DNA of 64,000 nt from Candidatus Moanibacter sp. (GTDB lineage: Bacteria > Verrucomicrobiota > Verrucomicrobiia > Opitutales > UBA2987), in NCBI GenBank assembly GCA_965226025.1, contig CBDDCD010000001.1, positions 74,104 to 138,103 of the forward strand, given 5' to 3'. The notes under the pieces were generated by a model. It had not been told where the DNA came from and made no database searches. It worked only from the letters and a program-made list of their open reading frames with translations. Position 1 is the stretch's first letter; each line of letters opens with the position of its first letter. The translations under genes and the position numbers were made by a program. Below are positions 54,800 through 64,000 of this stretch, piece after piece.

Positions 54800-56434
54800 T
54801 CAAAATCTCGAAACCTCGACCTCCTTGCTGGTCATGAACTCGAGGAGAGCAGGCGCGCCTTCTTCAGTTTTTTGGATGCCACGTTTGATAGCGGGAATGA
54901 TCTCATTCGGAGATTCGATGCGTTCCCCATAGCCTCCGAAGGCTTCGGCCATTTTCGAGTAGTTTCCTGAGATGTCGGTCGAGCGGTATTTCTCCGTGGA
55001 AACAGGCATGATCTTCAGTTCAATGGCCATGGAGAGGTTGTTGAACAGAACTGAAAGGATCGGGATGCGTTCGCGCACCGCTGTTTCAAAATCCATTCCC
55101 GTAAATCCGATCGCGGCATCTCCCCAGACGTTGATACAGAGTTTGTCCGGACAGGCCAGCTTCGCTCCCATGGCCAAGCCCAAGCCGTAGCCGAGTTGGG
55201 TAGTCTTGCCCCATCCAATATAGGATAGGGGAGTTGTGCTGGTCCAGAAGGGCGAAAGCTGGTCTCGAGGACTTCCTGCGTCATGGGTGATGATGGTGTT
55301 GTCGATGTCGACCGTGTGCATGAGGTCCCAGATCACCCGATAGGGTGAAAAAGGTGTGGATGCGTCCGTCAGTTTCGGCATCCATTTGTCCATGAATGTC
55401 TTCTTCAGCGTCTCGATCTCGCCTGTGACCTCTTCCAGGCGGCCGCGCGGTTTGCCACCCAGGTGATCGGAGATACACTCGATCAGAGCTTTTAAAGTGA
55501 GGTCCGCATCACCTACCAGCGCGTGACTCACTGCAACGTCCTTGTTGATATCGGCCGGATCGAGAGTTGCGTGGACAACTTTTTTGCCTTCGGGGATATC
55601 GATGGCGAACGAAGATCGTGTGAAGCTACAGCCAATGCCAAAAATGACGTCGGCTCTGGCCACGAATTCGTGCATCGCCAGCGGTACCGCAACGCCTCCC
55701 GCGCCGAGAGCTAGAGGATGATTCTCAGGAATGGAGCTCTTCCCACCGAGGCTGGTCGCGACCGGCGCCTCGAGGAGCTCCGCCAGCGCCTTCAGGGAAT
55801 CCCATGCTTCCGCATAGTGAATACCCTGTCCGGCGTAAATGACAGGTCTTTCCGCGTCCAGCAGAACTCGAGAAGTTTCCTCAACGGCGTCCGGATCCGG
55901 AGCGGACCGTGTGACCGGAACAGGAGAGTAATTGAATGGACCCGGCAATTCCTCTCCGAATAGATCAAAAGGAATCTCCACCAAAACAGGACCCGGGCGT
56001 CCGTTTCGCAACCGGGTGAAAGCACGGCGCATGACCTCCTCGACGGCTCCGCTGGTGCTGAGGGCCTCGCAGGACTTGGTGACGTGTTGGAAATTCAGGA
56101 AGGAACTGAAGTTCGGATTGATATGGGCCAGTTCGCGTTTGAATCCGGCCGGCAGTACCAGAACCGGAGAGGATTCTCCGTATGCTTGGGCGACGCCACC
56201 AAATGCGTTCTCCGAGCCCGGCCCGTGCTGCATACAGAAGACACCGATGCGTTTCCCAGAAGAAATTCGGCCGAGGGCATCTGCCATATGAAGCCCAATC
56301 CGCTCCTGGCGCACGATAATCGGACGGATATCCTGTTTCGCTGCCGCCTCGATGAGGTGATTTACAGGATAGGCGAAGAGAAATTCGACTCCTTCGGCCT
56401 TTAGTGTACTGGCGATGGCATCAGCTACTGTCAT
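54800..56434 (-). CDS. thiamine-pyrophosphate-dependent enzyme (acetolactate synthase-like)
   Basis: The N-terminal PYR domain has 'VEFLFAYP'. The C-terminal region has the TPP-binding 'GDAAIGFTGMDFETAV...NN'. The start is set at 'MTVADAI'. Confidence 0.82.
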   Translation of the reverse strand: MTVADAIASTLKAEGVEFLFAYPVNHLIEAAAKQDIRPIIVRQERIGLHMADALGRISSGKRIGVFCMQHGPGSENAFGGVAQAYGESSPVLVLPAGFKRELAHINPNFSSFLNFQHVTKSCEALSTSGAVEEVMRRAFTRLRNGRPGPVLVEIPFDLFGEELPGPFNYSPVPVTRSAPDPDAVEETSRVLLDAERPVIYAGQGIHYAEAWDSLKALAELLEAPVATSLGGKSSIPENHPLALGAGGVAVPLAMHEFVARADVIFGIGCSFTRSSFAIDIPEGKKVVHATLDPADINKDVAVSHALVGDADLTLKALIECISDHLGGKPRGRLEEVTGEIETLKKTFMDKWMPKLTDASTPFSPYRVIWDLMHTVDIDNTIITHDAGSPRDQLSPFWTSTTPLSYIGWGKTTQLGYGLGLAMGAKLACPDKLCINVWGDAAIGFTGMDFETAVRERIPILSVLFNNLSMAIELKIMPVSTEKYRSTDISGNYSKMAEAFGGYGERIESPNEIIPAIKRGIQKTEEGAPALLEFMTSKEVEVSRF

Positions 56435-56614
56435 GATTTTCTCGTTGTCGTATTGAGGAGGTGTTGAAGCTTCTGAGGAAACCGCTGATATGATACTACG
56501 CAACGCGAATCGGTAGCGACGAGAAAATTCCTTCCGTGACCAGAGAGGAATCTCTTGTCACGGGAATGCCAGGAGATCGAAGAATCGAAAAGGGCCGAGT
56601 CGATGAATCGGTCA

Positions 56615-56750
56615 GCGGCGCGTCCGGCGGCCACGCCCTACCTCCTCACGGTTGAACATGAACGGACTCGGTCCAATTCGCTCATCTCGATTAAGAGAAA
56701 AGTGTCCTATGAACCATTGGGTGGTAGGGCGTGGCCGCCGGACGCGCCGC
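56615..56750. repeat. perfect 28-bp inverted repeat separated by 80 bp
   Basis: 56615-56642 'GCGGCGCGTCCGGCGGCCACGCCCTACC' is the exact reverse complement of 56723-56750. Confidence 0.85.
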
Positions 56751-56932
56751 GGAACCCTTGAGCGTGTCAAAGACTCTAATCGATTCGACCTTGAGCCTAC
56801 CTGCCTCAGTCCATTCATATAGAAGGGAGAAAATCATGGAACGAGTCGAATTGATCAAACCGGATTTCCCTAAAGACGCTTTTGCCGGCACAGCGACCTA
56901 CTATGCCCGCTACCGAGTAGCCTATCCTAAAG

Positions 56933-58752
56933 TAGAGGCTGTCCCAAATCCGAGAGGATTTGGGTGGAAGCCTGATACCGATATCAATCTTCGTCACGTT
57001 ATGTAGACCACGACATGCCTTCCGTCCTCGGTAGCTTACCTTTTATCCGTTATGCACCTTTCCAGCACCCTTCCTCTCGCTTTGAGTCGATAGTTCTCCC
57101 AAGGAAGCGCCTCTGACTCGATTCTTGGATCCCTATGCCGCCTGCGTTGCCTCTTTCTCATGTTCTTGCGCAAGTCTCTGCGCGATTTTCCATAGATTGT
57201 GGGACAGAACCGACCAGGCCACGCTAAGGTTACGGTTGTCAAAGCCTTTGCTGCGTATCTTGCCCCCGTGCCATCGGTTCTTGAGCACTCCGATCCGGCC
57301 TTCGGTGCTCCCTCGTCGTCGCTGCAACCGGACAAAGCGCGGCTCCTCCATCCGCTCCTTGAGCTCTTGTGGATTGCGGGGCGTAAGGGCGTCAAAAATC
57401 CCCTCTGCCTGGAGCCGCTTGCTGGCCGCCTTCGAGGCATAGCCCCGATCCCCACTGATCGCTTCGATCTTCTCCTCTAAAGCGAAGCCCTTTTGCCTCT
57501 CCAGACTTTCCCAAAGCTGCTTCAATTCGCTCGGGGCCTGCCCCCCATACAGTTTCCAGTCCAACAGATATCCCTCTGCGCTCTCGCATAAATAAAGGGT
57601 GTTGCCAAACTCCACCTCCCGATCTGCCTTGCCTCGCACGATGACGTCAATCTCAGGTTCGTAGGCGCTCAGGATCTTCTCCTCATTCTTCACCTGCCGC
57701 CCCCCTATGATCCGTTCGTGCGCCTGTTTCATGACCTGCGGTATCTGCTCTAACATACCATCCATTCGCTCGATGATTCGGCTCGCCTTCTTCTCGGTGT
57801 AATCGCTTTGCATCCACATAGCTTCCAATAAGTCACGGTGGCGAAGGGCATGGCCCTCAATCTTCTTGAGCAATAGCTTCATCCGCCGCAGGATCCCTTT
57901 ACGCGCTTTGCCCGCCTCCCGGCGCCGACGCGCATGCGTCATCTCCAGGCACCGTTTGTTCATCTCCCGAGCCAATCCCTTTGCTCCCTGGGGCATGCGC
58001 TGTTTCATTCCCGCCTGCCGGATCAGACTGATCGCCTTGAGCAGTGTTGCTCCCACATCCTTGAGCAAGACCCAGTCCACGGGCCAGTGGATGTTCGCTT
58101 CCAGGCAAGTGGCGTCGATCAGGCATTCCCTCGTATCGATCGGCTTCTCTAATCCTGCCTCACCACAATGTTCAGCATTGCCCACCACCTCGGTCATCCT
58201 TGCATGCAGCTGTCTCAGATACGCTTCGTCGAAGAATTTCGAATCCCGTTCCAGACTGCTCTTCGATATTTTCCGGATCCCGTCTACCTCACGCACCCGG
58301 CAAAAATTAGCCAGAAGCTCACTGCGTCCCAACTCCTGCGACAGACAACGAAAGGATATCCCTCCGAGTAAATGACGCACCACCTCCACCCGCAGCGCTT
58401 TTATCGCTCTTAGAGCGCGTCGCTCCCGATCCTTCCCTCCCGCTTCATCCCATCCTTCCAAGGCTTTTACGATCGCCTCCCTTTCCAGCGAGGAGTCGAT
58501 CAAAACCCGGTCAATCCGCTCCATTGTTTCCAGAAACACGGTGTAGTCTTTGCATCGAATGACTGGAGTTAGGGCTGGACGCAGGAAGCTTTGTACGGCA
58601 ATATTTTTCATGAGAAGGGCGTGCTTTGTATTTGACTAACGCAAGCATAAGCGCCCCTTTTCGCCGGATCGAGCTTTTTGCAGCTCTATCCGGCCTTTTT
58701 TTTGCCCATAACTCATTAAAATCAATTGTTTCCACCACTGGGACGGGCTCTA
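56933..58752 (-). mobile_element. 1.82-kb IS, copy A (terminal IRs TAGAGGCTGTCCCA / TAGAGCCCGTCCCA), 3-bp AAG target duplication
   Basis: The boundaries were defined by alignment to copy B. 'AAG' directly flanks both ends. Confidence 0.8.
57133..58611 (-). CDS. DDE transposase (IS4/IS5-superfamily-like, family uncertain), 492 aa
   Basis: 'SGDRGYASK' and 'STEGRIGVLKN' are DDE-type motifs. A near-identical second copy is present. Confidence 0.75.
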   Translation of the reverse strand: MKNIAVQSFLRPALTPVIRCKDYTVFLETMERIDRVLIDSSLEREAIVKALEGWDEAGGKDRERRALRAIKALRVEVVRHLLGGISFRCLSQELGRSELLANFCRVREVDGIRKISKSSLERDSKFFDEAYLRQLHARMTEVVGNAEHCGEAGLEKPIDTRECLIDATCLEANIHWPVDWVLLKDVGATLLKAISLIRQAGMKQRMPQGAKGLAREMNKRCLEMTHARRRREAGKARKGILRRMKLLLKKIEGHALRHRDLLEAMWMQSDYTEKKASRIIERMDGMLEQIPQVMKQAHERIIGGRQVKNEEKILSAYEPEIDVIVRGKADREVEFGNTLYLCESAEGYLLDWKLYGGQAPSELKQLWESLERQKGFALEEKIEAISGDRGYASKAASKRLQAEGIFDALTPRNPQELKERMEEPRFVRLQRRRGSTEGRIGVLKNRWHGGKIRSKGFDNRNLSVAWSVLSHNLWKIAQRLAQEHEKEATQAA

Positions 58753-59093
58753 AAGTAATGTTGGATGACCTCCTCAAGAGGGCCAGAATTTCTGCTGAAA
58801 GTAGGCTCCTCGATCTCGCCACCGGTCCCGGCCGCATCGCCATTCCTTTGGCCTCCTCGTTTCGTGAAGTATGGACCGTGGACCTTGAACCCGAGATGAT
58901 TGAAGTGGGGCGGAAAGAGGCAGCGAATAGGGGAATAAACAACATCAGGAGTGGTTCAAAGCCGTGGCAGCGCATTGTCGCGGACTGAATTTTCGGAAAC
59001 CGCAATTTAGAGGAGGGAAGAGACCGGATGGAAGTTTACGAGAATTACGAGGTAGCTAATCGAGTGACTTTTGTTCAACACTTAGGTATCTAA

Positions 59094-59840
59094 ATGCCCC
59101 TTCGAGAGGAGTTGGAAAAACAGGGCAATTGGCTTTTCAGGAGGAGAAGCTACATCTTGCCGTTTGCATTTCCATTTCTGCTCATTGCCCTAGTCAGTTC
59201 TCCCAGTTCCGAAGCGGTGCAGGGGGATGTGGGAGGGAGGGTATACATCGGTCTTTGCCTCGCAGTTTCCTTCTTCGGGCTGACGATTCGTTGCATCACT
59301 GTGGGCCATGTTCCCAAGGGCACATCAGGCCGAAACACAACCGGGCAGATTGCGGAATCGCTCAATACTACCGGACTGTACTCGGTCCACCGCCACCCGC
59401 TTTACCTTGGAAATTTCGTCATCTACGTCGGTATAGTTCTCTCTGTTCAAGTTTGGTGGTTCGCTGCCTTAATGATATTGGCGATCTTTTTATATCTCGA
59501 GCGGATCATGTTGGCCGAGGAAGAGTTTCTGCGAGGCAGATTTGGAGCTCCCTACCTCGAGTGGGCTGACAAGACACCGGCTTATTGGCCGAACTTCAAG
59601 CAGTGGCAGCCACCCGGTTTACCATTTTCGTTTAGAAACGTATTGAAAAGAGAATACACGGGATTTTTCGCCATCATCGCCGCCTACACCTTCCTCGAGG
59701 TCCTGCGGAATTATTCTTCTCAAGGGACTCTGAACTTGGAATCGGAATGGCTGGTTCTGTTTTCCGTTGGATTGCTGACCTATTTGGTTCTAAGGACTCT
59801 GAAGAAAAAGACGGGACTGCTGGATGTGGAGGGAAGGTAG
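59094..59840 (+). CDS. isoprenylcysteine carboxyl methyltransferase (ICMT/PEMT-like) family membrane protein
   Basis: 'TTGLYSVHRHPLYLGNFVIYVG' with several TM segments. Confidence 0.72.
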   Translation: MPLREELEKQGNWLFRRRSYILPFAFPFLLIALVSSPSSEAVQGDVGGRVYIGLCLAVSFFGLTIRCITVGHVPKGTSGRNTTGQIAESLNTTGLYSVHRHPLYLGNFVIYVGIVLSVQVWWFAALMILAIFLYLERIMLAEEEFLRGRFGAPYLEWADKTPAYWPNFKQWQPPGLPFSFRNVLKREYTGFFAIIAAYTFLEVLRNYSSQGTLNLESEWLVLFSVGLLTYLVLRTLKKKTGLLDVEGR

Positions 59841-59914
59841 CTCCAGATCCAGCGATTTAGGCGGTTCGAGTATGGCCTTGCGCATACGTTTCGAACAGGA
59901 CATAACGAGATTAA

Positions 59915-61090
59915 GTGACCACGGCGCAAAAAGCAGACATCCGAATCGGCAAACCAGGATCCGCGCCCGTATCGGCGCCCGGTTGGACTAAGAGGCCTAA
60001 GGAGGACGTCGCGATCATCGATTGTGACGTCCACCACGCTTTTCGCAGCCCCGAGCAACTTCTGCCTTACCTATCAACATTCTACCAGAATCACCTTCAC
60101 GACCAAGGTCTCCATTTGCCGGGTCAGGGCTACGCCAACATTCCCTATCGATTGACACGCACGGATCTGAAAGATCCTGAATTGAAAGAACGGGATTTCA
60201 ATTTCTCCCTGGAATTCCTCCAGAAAGAGCATCTCGATCCGTGGAACATCGACTACGCCCTCTTGACCGGCCCGCCGCCCTTCTACGGGTATTCGGGACT
60301 ACCCGACCCGGATTGGGCGGCTGCCCTGTGTCGGGCCTTCAATGATTGGACTATCGAGCACTGGCTTGAACACGACGGTCGTTGCATCAACTCCATCCTT
60401 GTTTCGCCCTCCGATCCCGCCCAAGCGGTGGACGAGATCAAACGGCTCGCTGACCGTAAGGATACTGTTGCTGTGATGATTCCGATTGGTTCCAGTATGC
60501 CATTCGGAAACCGCTTCTATCATCCCATCTGGGAGGCCTGCGATAACCACGGACTACCAGTCATTTCGCATATCGGCGGCGGGGGAGGGGCAGCCAGGAA
60601 TGTTCCGACGCCGGTGGGCTTTCCCACCTACTACATGGAATCGAGAATGGCCCGGCCCCACGCTGCCAGTGCCCACGCCGCCTCGCTGATCTGCGAGGGG
60701 GTTTTTGAGAAATTCCCCAACTTCAAATTCGGCTTCATCGAAGTACAACAGTTCTGGGCCGTCCCGCTGATGTGGCATATGGATGCGGACTGGAAGTCTA
60801 TTCGCGATCAGACGCCTTGGCTTAAACGCAAACCGAGCGAGTATTTCCGTGATCACATCAGGGTCGGAACACAGCCGATGCACGAGCCGGAGCGGCCGGA
60901 ACAACTCTACCAGATGCTGGAGATGTTGCACGCCGATGAGACGCTCATCTACTGCTCGGACTTCCCCCACTTCGACTGGAATGATCCCGTCACCATCTTT
61001 CCCAAACTATCGGATCACCTGCACCACCGCATCTTCGCGGGCAATGCCCTCGATATGCTTCGGATTGATGACGCGCGTGGTCGTCGGTAG
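59915..61090 (+). CDS. amidohydrolase-2 (ACMSD-like) family metal-dependent hydrolase
   Basis: 'IDCDVHH' metal-binding start, with 'SDFPH.D' near the C-terminus. GTG start. Confidence 0.72.
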   Translation: MTTAQKADIRIGKPGSAPVSAPGWTKRPKEDVAIIDCDVHHAFRSPEQLLPYLSTFYQNHLHDQGLHLPGQGYANIPYRLTRTDLKDPELKERDFNFSLEFLQKEHLDPWNIDYALLTGPPPFYGYSGLPDPDWAAALCRAFNDWTIEHWLEHDGRCINSILVSPSDPAQAVDEIKRLADRKDTVAVMIPIGSSMPFGNRFYHPIWEACDNHGLPVISHIGGGGGAARNVPTPVGFPTYYMESRMARPHAASAHAASLICEGVFEKFPNFKFGFIEVQQFWAVPLMWHMDADWKSIRDQTPWLKRKPSEYFRDHIRVGTQPMHEPERPEQLYQMLEMLHADETLIYCSDFPHFDWNDPVTIFPKLSDHLHHRIFAGNALDMLRIDDARGRR

Positions 61091-61162
61091 GGCTTCCGAG
61101 ATTCCGCCGGGTAAGCGTAAAATCGTTGTGCCATTCAAGGGAAGGGCAGGTATCGGCGTATG

Positions 61163-62983
61163 TAGAGCCCGTCCCAGTGGTGGAAACAATTGATTTTTAA
61201 TGAGTTATGGGCAAAAAAAAGGCCGGATAGAGCTGCAAAAAGCTCGATCCGGCGAAAAAGGGCGCTTATGCTTGCGTTAGTCAAATACAAAGCACGCCCT
61301 TCTCATGAAAAATATTGCCGTACAAAGCTTCCTGCGTCCAGCCCTAACTCCAGTCATTCGATGCAAAGACTACACCGTGTTTCTGGAAACAATGGAGCGG
61401 ATTGACCGGGTTTTGATCGACTCCTCGCTGGAAAGGGAGGCGATCGTAAAAGCCTTGGAAGGATGGGATGAAGCGGGAGGGAAGGATCGGGAGCGACGCG
61501 CTCTAAGAGCGATAAAAGCGCTGCGGGTGGAGGTGGTGCGTCATTTACTCGGAGGGATATCCTTTCGTTGTCTGTCGCAGGAGTTGGGACGCAGTGAGCT
61601 TCTGACTAATTTTTGCCGGGTGCGTGAGGTAGACGGGATCCGGAAAATATCGAAGAGCAGTCTGGAACGGGATTCGAAATTCTTCGACGAAGCGTATCTG
61701 AGACAGCTGCATGCAAGGATGACCGAGGTGGTGGGCAATGCTGAACATTGTGGTGAGGCAGGATTAGAGAAGCCGATCGATACGAGGGAATGCCTGATCG
61801 ACGCCACTTGCCTGGAAGCGAACATCCACTGGCCCGTGGACTGGGTCTTGCTCAAGGATGTGGGAGCAACGCTGCTCAAGGCGATCAGTCTGATCCGGCA
61901 GGCGGGAATGAAACAGCGCATGCCCCAGGGAGCAAAGGGATTGGCTCGGGAGATGAACAAACGGTGCCTGGAGATGACGCATGCGCGTCGGCGCCGGGAG
62001 GCGGGCAAAGCGCGTAAAGGGATCCTGCGGCGGATGAAGCTATTGCTCAAGAAGATTGAGGGCCATGCCCTTCGCCACCGTGACTTATTGGAAGCTATGT
62101 GGATGCAAAGCGATTACACCGAGAAGAAGGCGAGCCGAATCATCGAGCGAATGGATGGTATGTTAGAGCAGATACCGCAGGTCATGAAACAGGCGCACGA
62201 ACGGATCATAGGGGGGCGGCAGGTGAAGAATGAGGAGAAGATCCTGAGCGCCTACGAACCTGAGATTGACGTCATCGTGCGAGGCAAGGCAGATCGGGAG
62301 GTGGAGTTTGGCAACACCCTTTATTTATGCGAGAGCGCAGAGGGATATCTGTTGGACTGGAAACTGTATGGGGGGCAGGCCCCGAGCGAATTGAAGCAGC
62401 TTTGGGAAAGTCTGGAGAGGCAAAAGGGCTTCGCTTTAGAGGAGAAGATCGAAGCGATCAGTGGGGATCGGGGCTATGCCTCGAAGGCGGCCAGCAAGCG
62501 GCTCCAGGCAGAGGGGATTTTTGACGCCCTTACGCCCCGCAATCCACAAGAGCTCAAGGAGCGGATGGAGGAGCCGCGCTTTGTCCGGTTGCAGCGACGA
62601 CGAGGGAGCACCGAAGGCCGGATCGGAGTGCTCAAGAACCGATGGCACGGGGGCAAGATACGCAGCAAAGGCTTTGACAACCGTAACCTTAGCGTGGCCT
62701 GGTCGGTTCTGTCCCACAATCTATGGAAAATCGCGCAGAGACTTGCGCAAGAACATGAGAAAGAGGCAACGCAGGCGGCATAGGGATCCAAGAATCGAGT
62801 CAGAGGCGCTTCCTTGGGAGAACTATCGACTCAAAGCGAGAGGAAGGGTGCTGGAAAGGTGCATAACGGATAAAAGGTAAGCTACCGAGGACGGAAGGCA
62901 TGTCGTGGTCTACATAACGTGACGAAGATTGATATCGGTATCAGGCTTCCACCCAAATCCTCTCGGATTTGGGACAGCCTCTA
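61163..62983 (+). mobile_element. 1.82-kb IS, copy B, inverted relative to copy A, no matching target duplication
   Basis: It is the same element as 56933-58752, differing by a few substitutions and a 1-nt T-run difference. The flanks are 'ATG' and 'TTT'. Confidence 0.8.
61305..62783 (+). CDS. DDE transposase, second copy (492 aa)
   Basis: It differs from the 57133..58611 product at one residue that I could find (A to T in 'ELL(A/T)NFCRV'). Confidence 0.75.
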   Translation: MKNIAVQSFLRPALTPVIRCKDYTVFLETMERIDRVLIDSSLEREAIVKALEGWDEAGGKDRERRALRAIKALRVEVVRHLLGGISFRCLSQELGRSELLTNFCRVREVDGIRKISKSSLERDSKFFDEAYLRQLHARMTEVVGNAEHCGEAGLEKPIDTRECLIDATCLEANIHWPVDWVLLKDVGATLLKAISLIRQAGMKQRMPQGAKGLAREMNKRCLEMTHARRRREAGKARKGILRRMKLLLKKIEGHALRHRDLLEAMWMQSDYTEKKASRIIERMDGMLEQIPQVMKQAHERIIGGRQVKNEEKILSAYEPEIDVIVRGKADREVEFGNTLYLCESAEGYLLDWKLYGGQAPSELKQLWESLERQKGFALEEKIEAISGDRGYASKAASKRLQAEGIFDALTPRNPQELKERMEEPRFVRLQRRRGSTEGRIGVLKNRWHGGKIRSKGFDNRNLSVAWSVLSHNLWKIAQRLAQEHEKEATQAA

Positions 62984-63396
62984 TTTAACGTGGGCGGTTC
63001 CTACTACGCGCTACGCAACATATGTCCCCACCGTCTCGGCCCGGTCTGTACTGGAGAGCTAACCGGTCGCGTGGCCACCGATGCTCCCCCGTCATCCAGC
63101 GGCGCCGCCATCTCCGTCCAAGGCGAGGGTGAAATCCTTCGCTGCCCATGGCACCAATGGGCCTTCGAGATCGCAACCGGGCGCTGTCTGCAAGACTCGG
63201 ATGCGAGCCTCACAACTTTCCCCGTAGAGATCGATGGCGACCATCTTATCGTAGAATACGAGGAGTAGGAATCTGCCGTTTCCAGAATCACCAGCACTGA
63301 CAGTGTGAATTCGAATTTCTGGGACTTGACGTTCTCTTTTCTTACATCTATCTTATCGACATTAAAACTGTAAAACAGTCCTCTCGCAAGGGTCGT

Positions 63397-63636
63397 TTGT
63401 CCGCCACTCGGAGAGGGAAATCCGTATCCGTAGTATCCAGCAAGTATCAGGTTGTAATTCCACGGGAGGTTCGAAATGCAGCCGGCATCGAAGTGGGGGA
63501 CCGACTGGCGTTCATACCTTGGGGTGGGTCCTTGCAGGTCGTAAAAGTACCGGGTGTCCGAGAGGCGTTCGGAATGTTCCCAGACCTCAAGGCAAACTTT
63601 GACCGAAACGAAGACGACGGCGACCGAGAATTCTGA
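63397..63636 (+). CDS. vapB: AbrB/SpoVT-type antitoxin (VapB-like)
   Basis: 'SSKYQVVIPREVRNAAGIEVGDRLAF' is a swapped-hairpin AbrB motif. The stop overlaps the next start. Confidence 0.7.
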   Translation: MSATRRGKSVSVVSSKYQVVIPREVRNAAGIEVGDRLAFIPWGGSLQVVKVPGVREAFGMFPDLKANFDRNEDDGDREF

Positions 63637-64000
63637 TGGATGTCCTCGACTCCTCTGGCTGGATCGAATGGTTCAGAGGTTCGGATCTGGGCCGAAACTA
63701 CGAGGGCCTCTTTCAGACACCGGAGGAGGTCATTGTTCCTTCTATCGTGATCGTCGAAGTTGTGAAGGTAATTGCGCGGGACGATGGATGGGAGTGCGCT
63801 GGGGCATGTCTTGGGGTGATGCGTCAGGTTCGAATCATTCCGCTCGACGAAACTCTGTCTTTGGCTGCGGCAGAGATCGGTCTGACCCATCGGTTGCCTC
63901 TAGCCGATTCAGTCATTTACGCTACGGCACGGGCCTTTGACGCTGTCCTTTGGACTCAGGACGACCATTTTAGGGACCTTTGGGGCGTGAAGTATTTTTC
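63636..64000 (+). CDS. vapC: PIN-domain toxin (VapC-like), 3' end outside window
   Basis: Hand translation gives 'MDVLDSSGWIEWFRGS...VPSIVIVEV...LPLADSVIYATA'. The ORF is absent from the track because it has no stop in the window. Confidence 0.7.
   Translation, partial: MDVLDSSGWIEWFRGSDLGRNYEGLFQTPEEVIVPSIVIVEVVKVIARDDGWECAGACLGVMRQVRIIPLDETLSLAAAEIGLTHRLPLADSVIYATARAFDAVLWTQDDHFRDLWGVKYF

Larger units (their letters stand above)
56836..58988 (+). pseudogene. class I SAM-dependent methyltransferase split by IS copy A (and apparently 3'-truncated)
   Basis: 'MERVELIKPDFPKDAFAGTATYYARYRVAYPK' (56836-56932) resumes in frame as 'VMLDDLLKRARISAESRLLDLATGPGRIA' after 58752. Confidence 0.7.
61068..63268 (+). 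pseudogene. Rieske [2Fe-2S] ferredoxin-like gene split by IS copy B
   Basis: 'MTRVVVGRASEIPPGKRKIVVPFKGRAGIGV' (61068-61160) and 'FNVGGSYYALRNICPH...CPWHQW' (62984-63268) flank the IS. Confidence 0.65.

Noticed and set aside
56933-62983. A composite transposon that inserted here as a unit.
   Set aside because: The outer flanks (AAG on the left, TTT on the right) are not a duplication. Copy A has its own TSD and cleanly interrupts one gene. Two independent insertions explain the data better, although mobilisation as a composite remains possible.

Overview
This is a 64-kb chromosomal window. It probably comes from a PVC-group (Verrucomicrobiota-like) bacterium. That guess rests only on gene content: a PEP-CTERM protein, a sulfatase, several Gfo/Idh/MocA oxidoreductases and a PmoA-like gene.

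Layout:
- 1-1.6 kb: GH3-family gene (partial) and an acyl-CoA desaturase.
- 1.7-6.1 kb: an IS graveyard holding an IS3-like remnant, a pseudo-tRNA, a frameshifted rve-type IS and an IS1634-family IS.
- 6.2-6.7 kb: PEP-CTERM protein.
- 6.8-16.5 kb: a decaying trimodular NRPS. It has a 3228-bp tandem module duplication, a 62-bp frameshifting deletion and a 5'-truncated first condensation domain.
- 17.1-27.1 kb (most unusual part): a unidirectional minus-strand array of unrelated gene cassettes. The cargo is a pentapeptide-TIR fusion, a DUF4062 protein, several small 2-TM proteins and unknowns. The cassettes are separated by copies of one conserved 0.2-0.5 kb module that carries a ~50-codon micro-ORF and repeated TTTGCAATTAGGTTTGG boxes. 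The array is bracketed by inverted tRNA-Ser-like 3' fragments. No recombinase is visible in the window.
- 27.4-29.3 kb: a radical-SAM gene, an excisionase-like HTH gene and tRNA-Pro(GGG).
- 30-56.5 kb: ordinary metabolic and housekeeping genes. These include sulfatase, Gfo/Idh/MocA genes, rsmA, trpC, mazG, HDAC-like, LOG, PhyH, an AGE epimerase, a PaaX-like regulator, an SSS symporter, an ABC exporter pair and a TPP enzyme. Several REP-like repeat families are scattered among them, and two genes share an identical 38-nt palindromic operator-like site.
- 56.9-63.0 kb: two >99% identical inverted copies of a 1.82-kb IS. They split a methyltransferase gene and a Rieske gene and flank 2.4 kb.
- 63.4-64.0 kb: a vapBC-like pair (vapC runs off the window).

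All calls come from reading the ORF translations and the sequence by eye. No database search was run.
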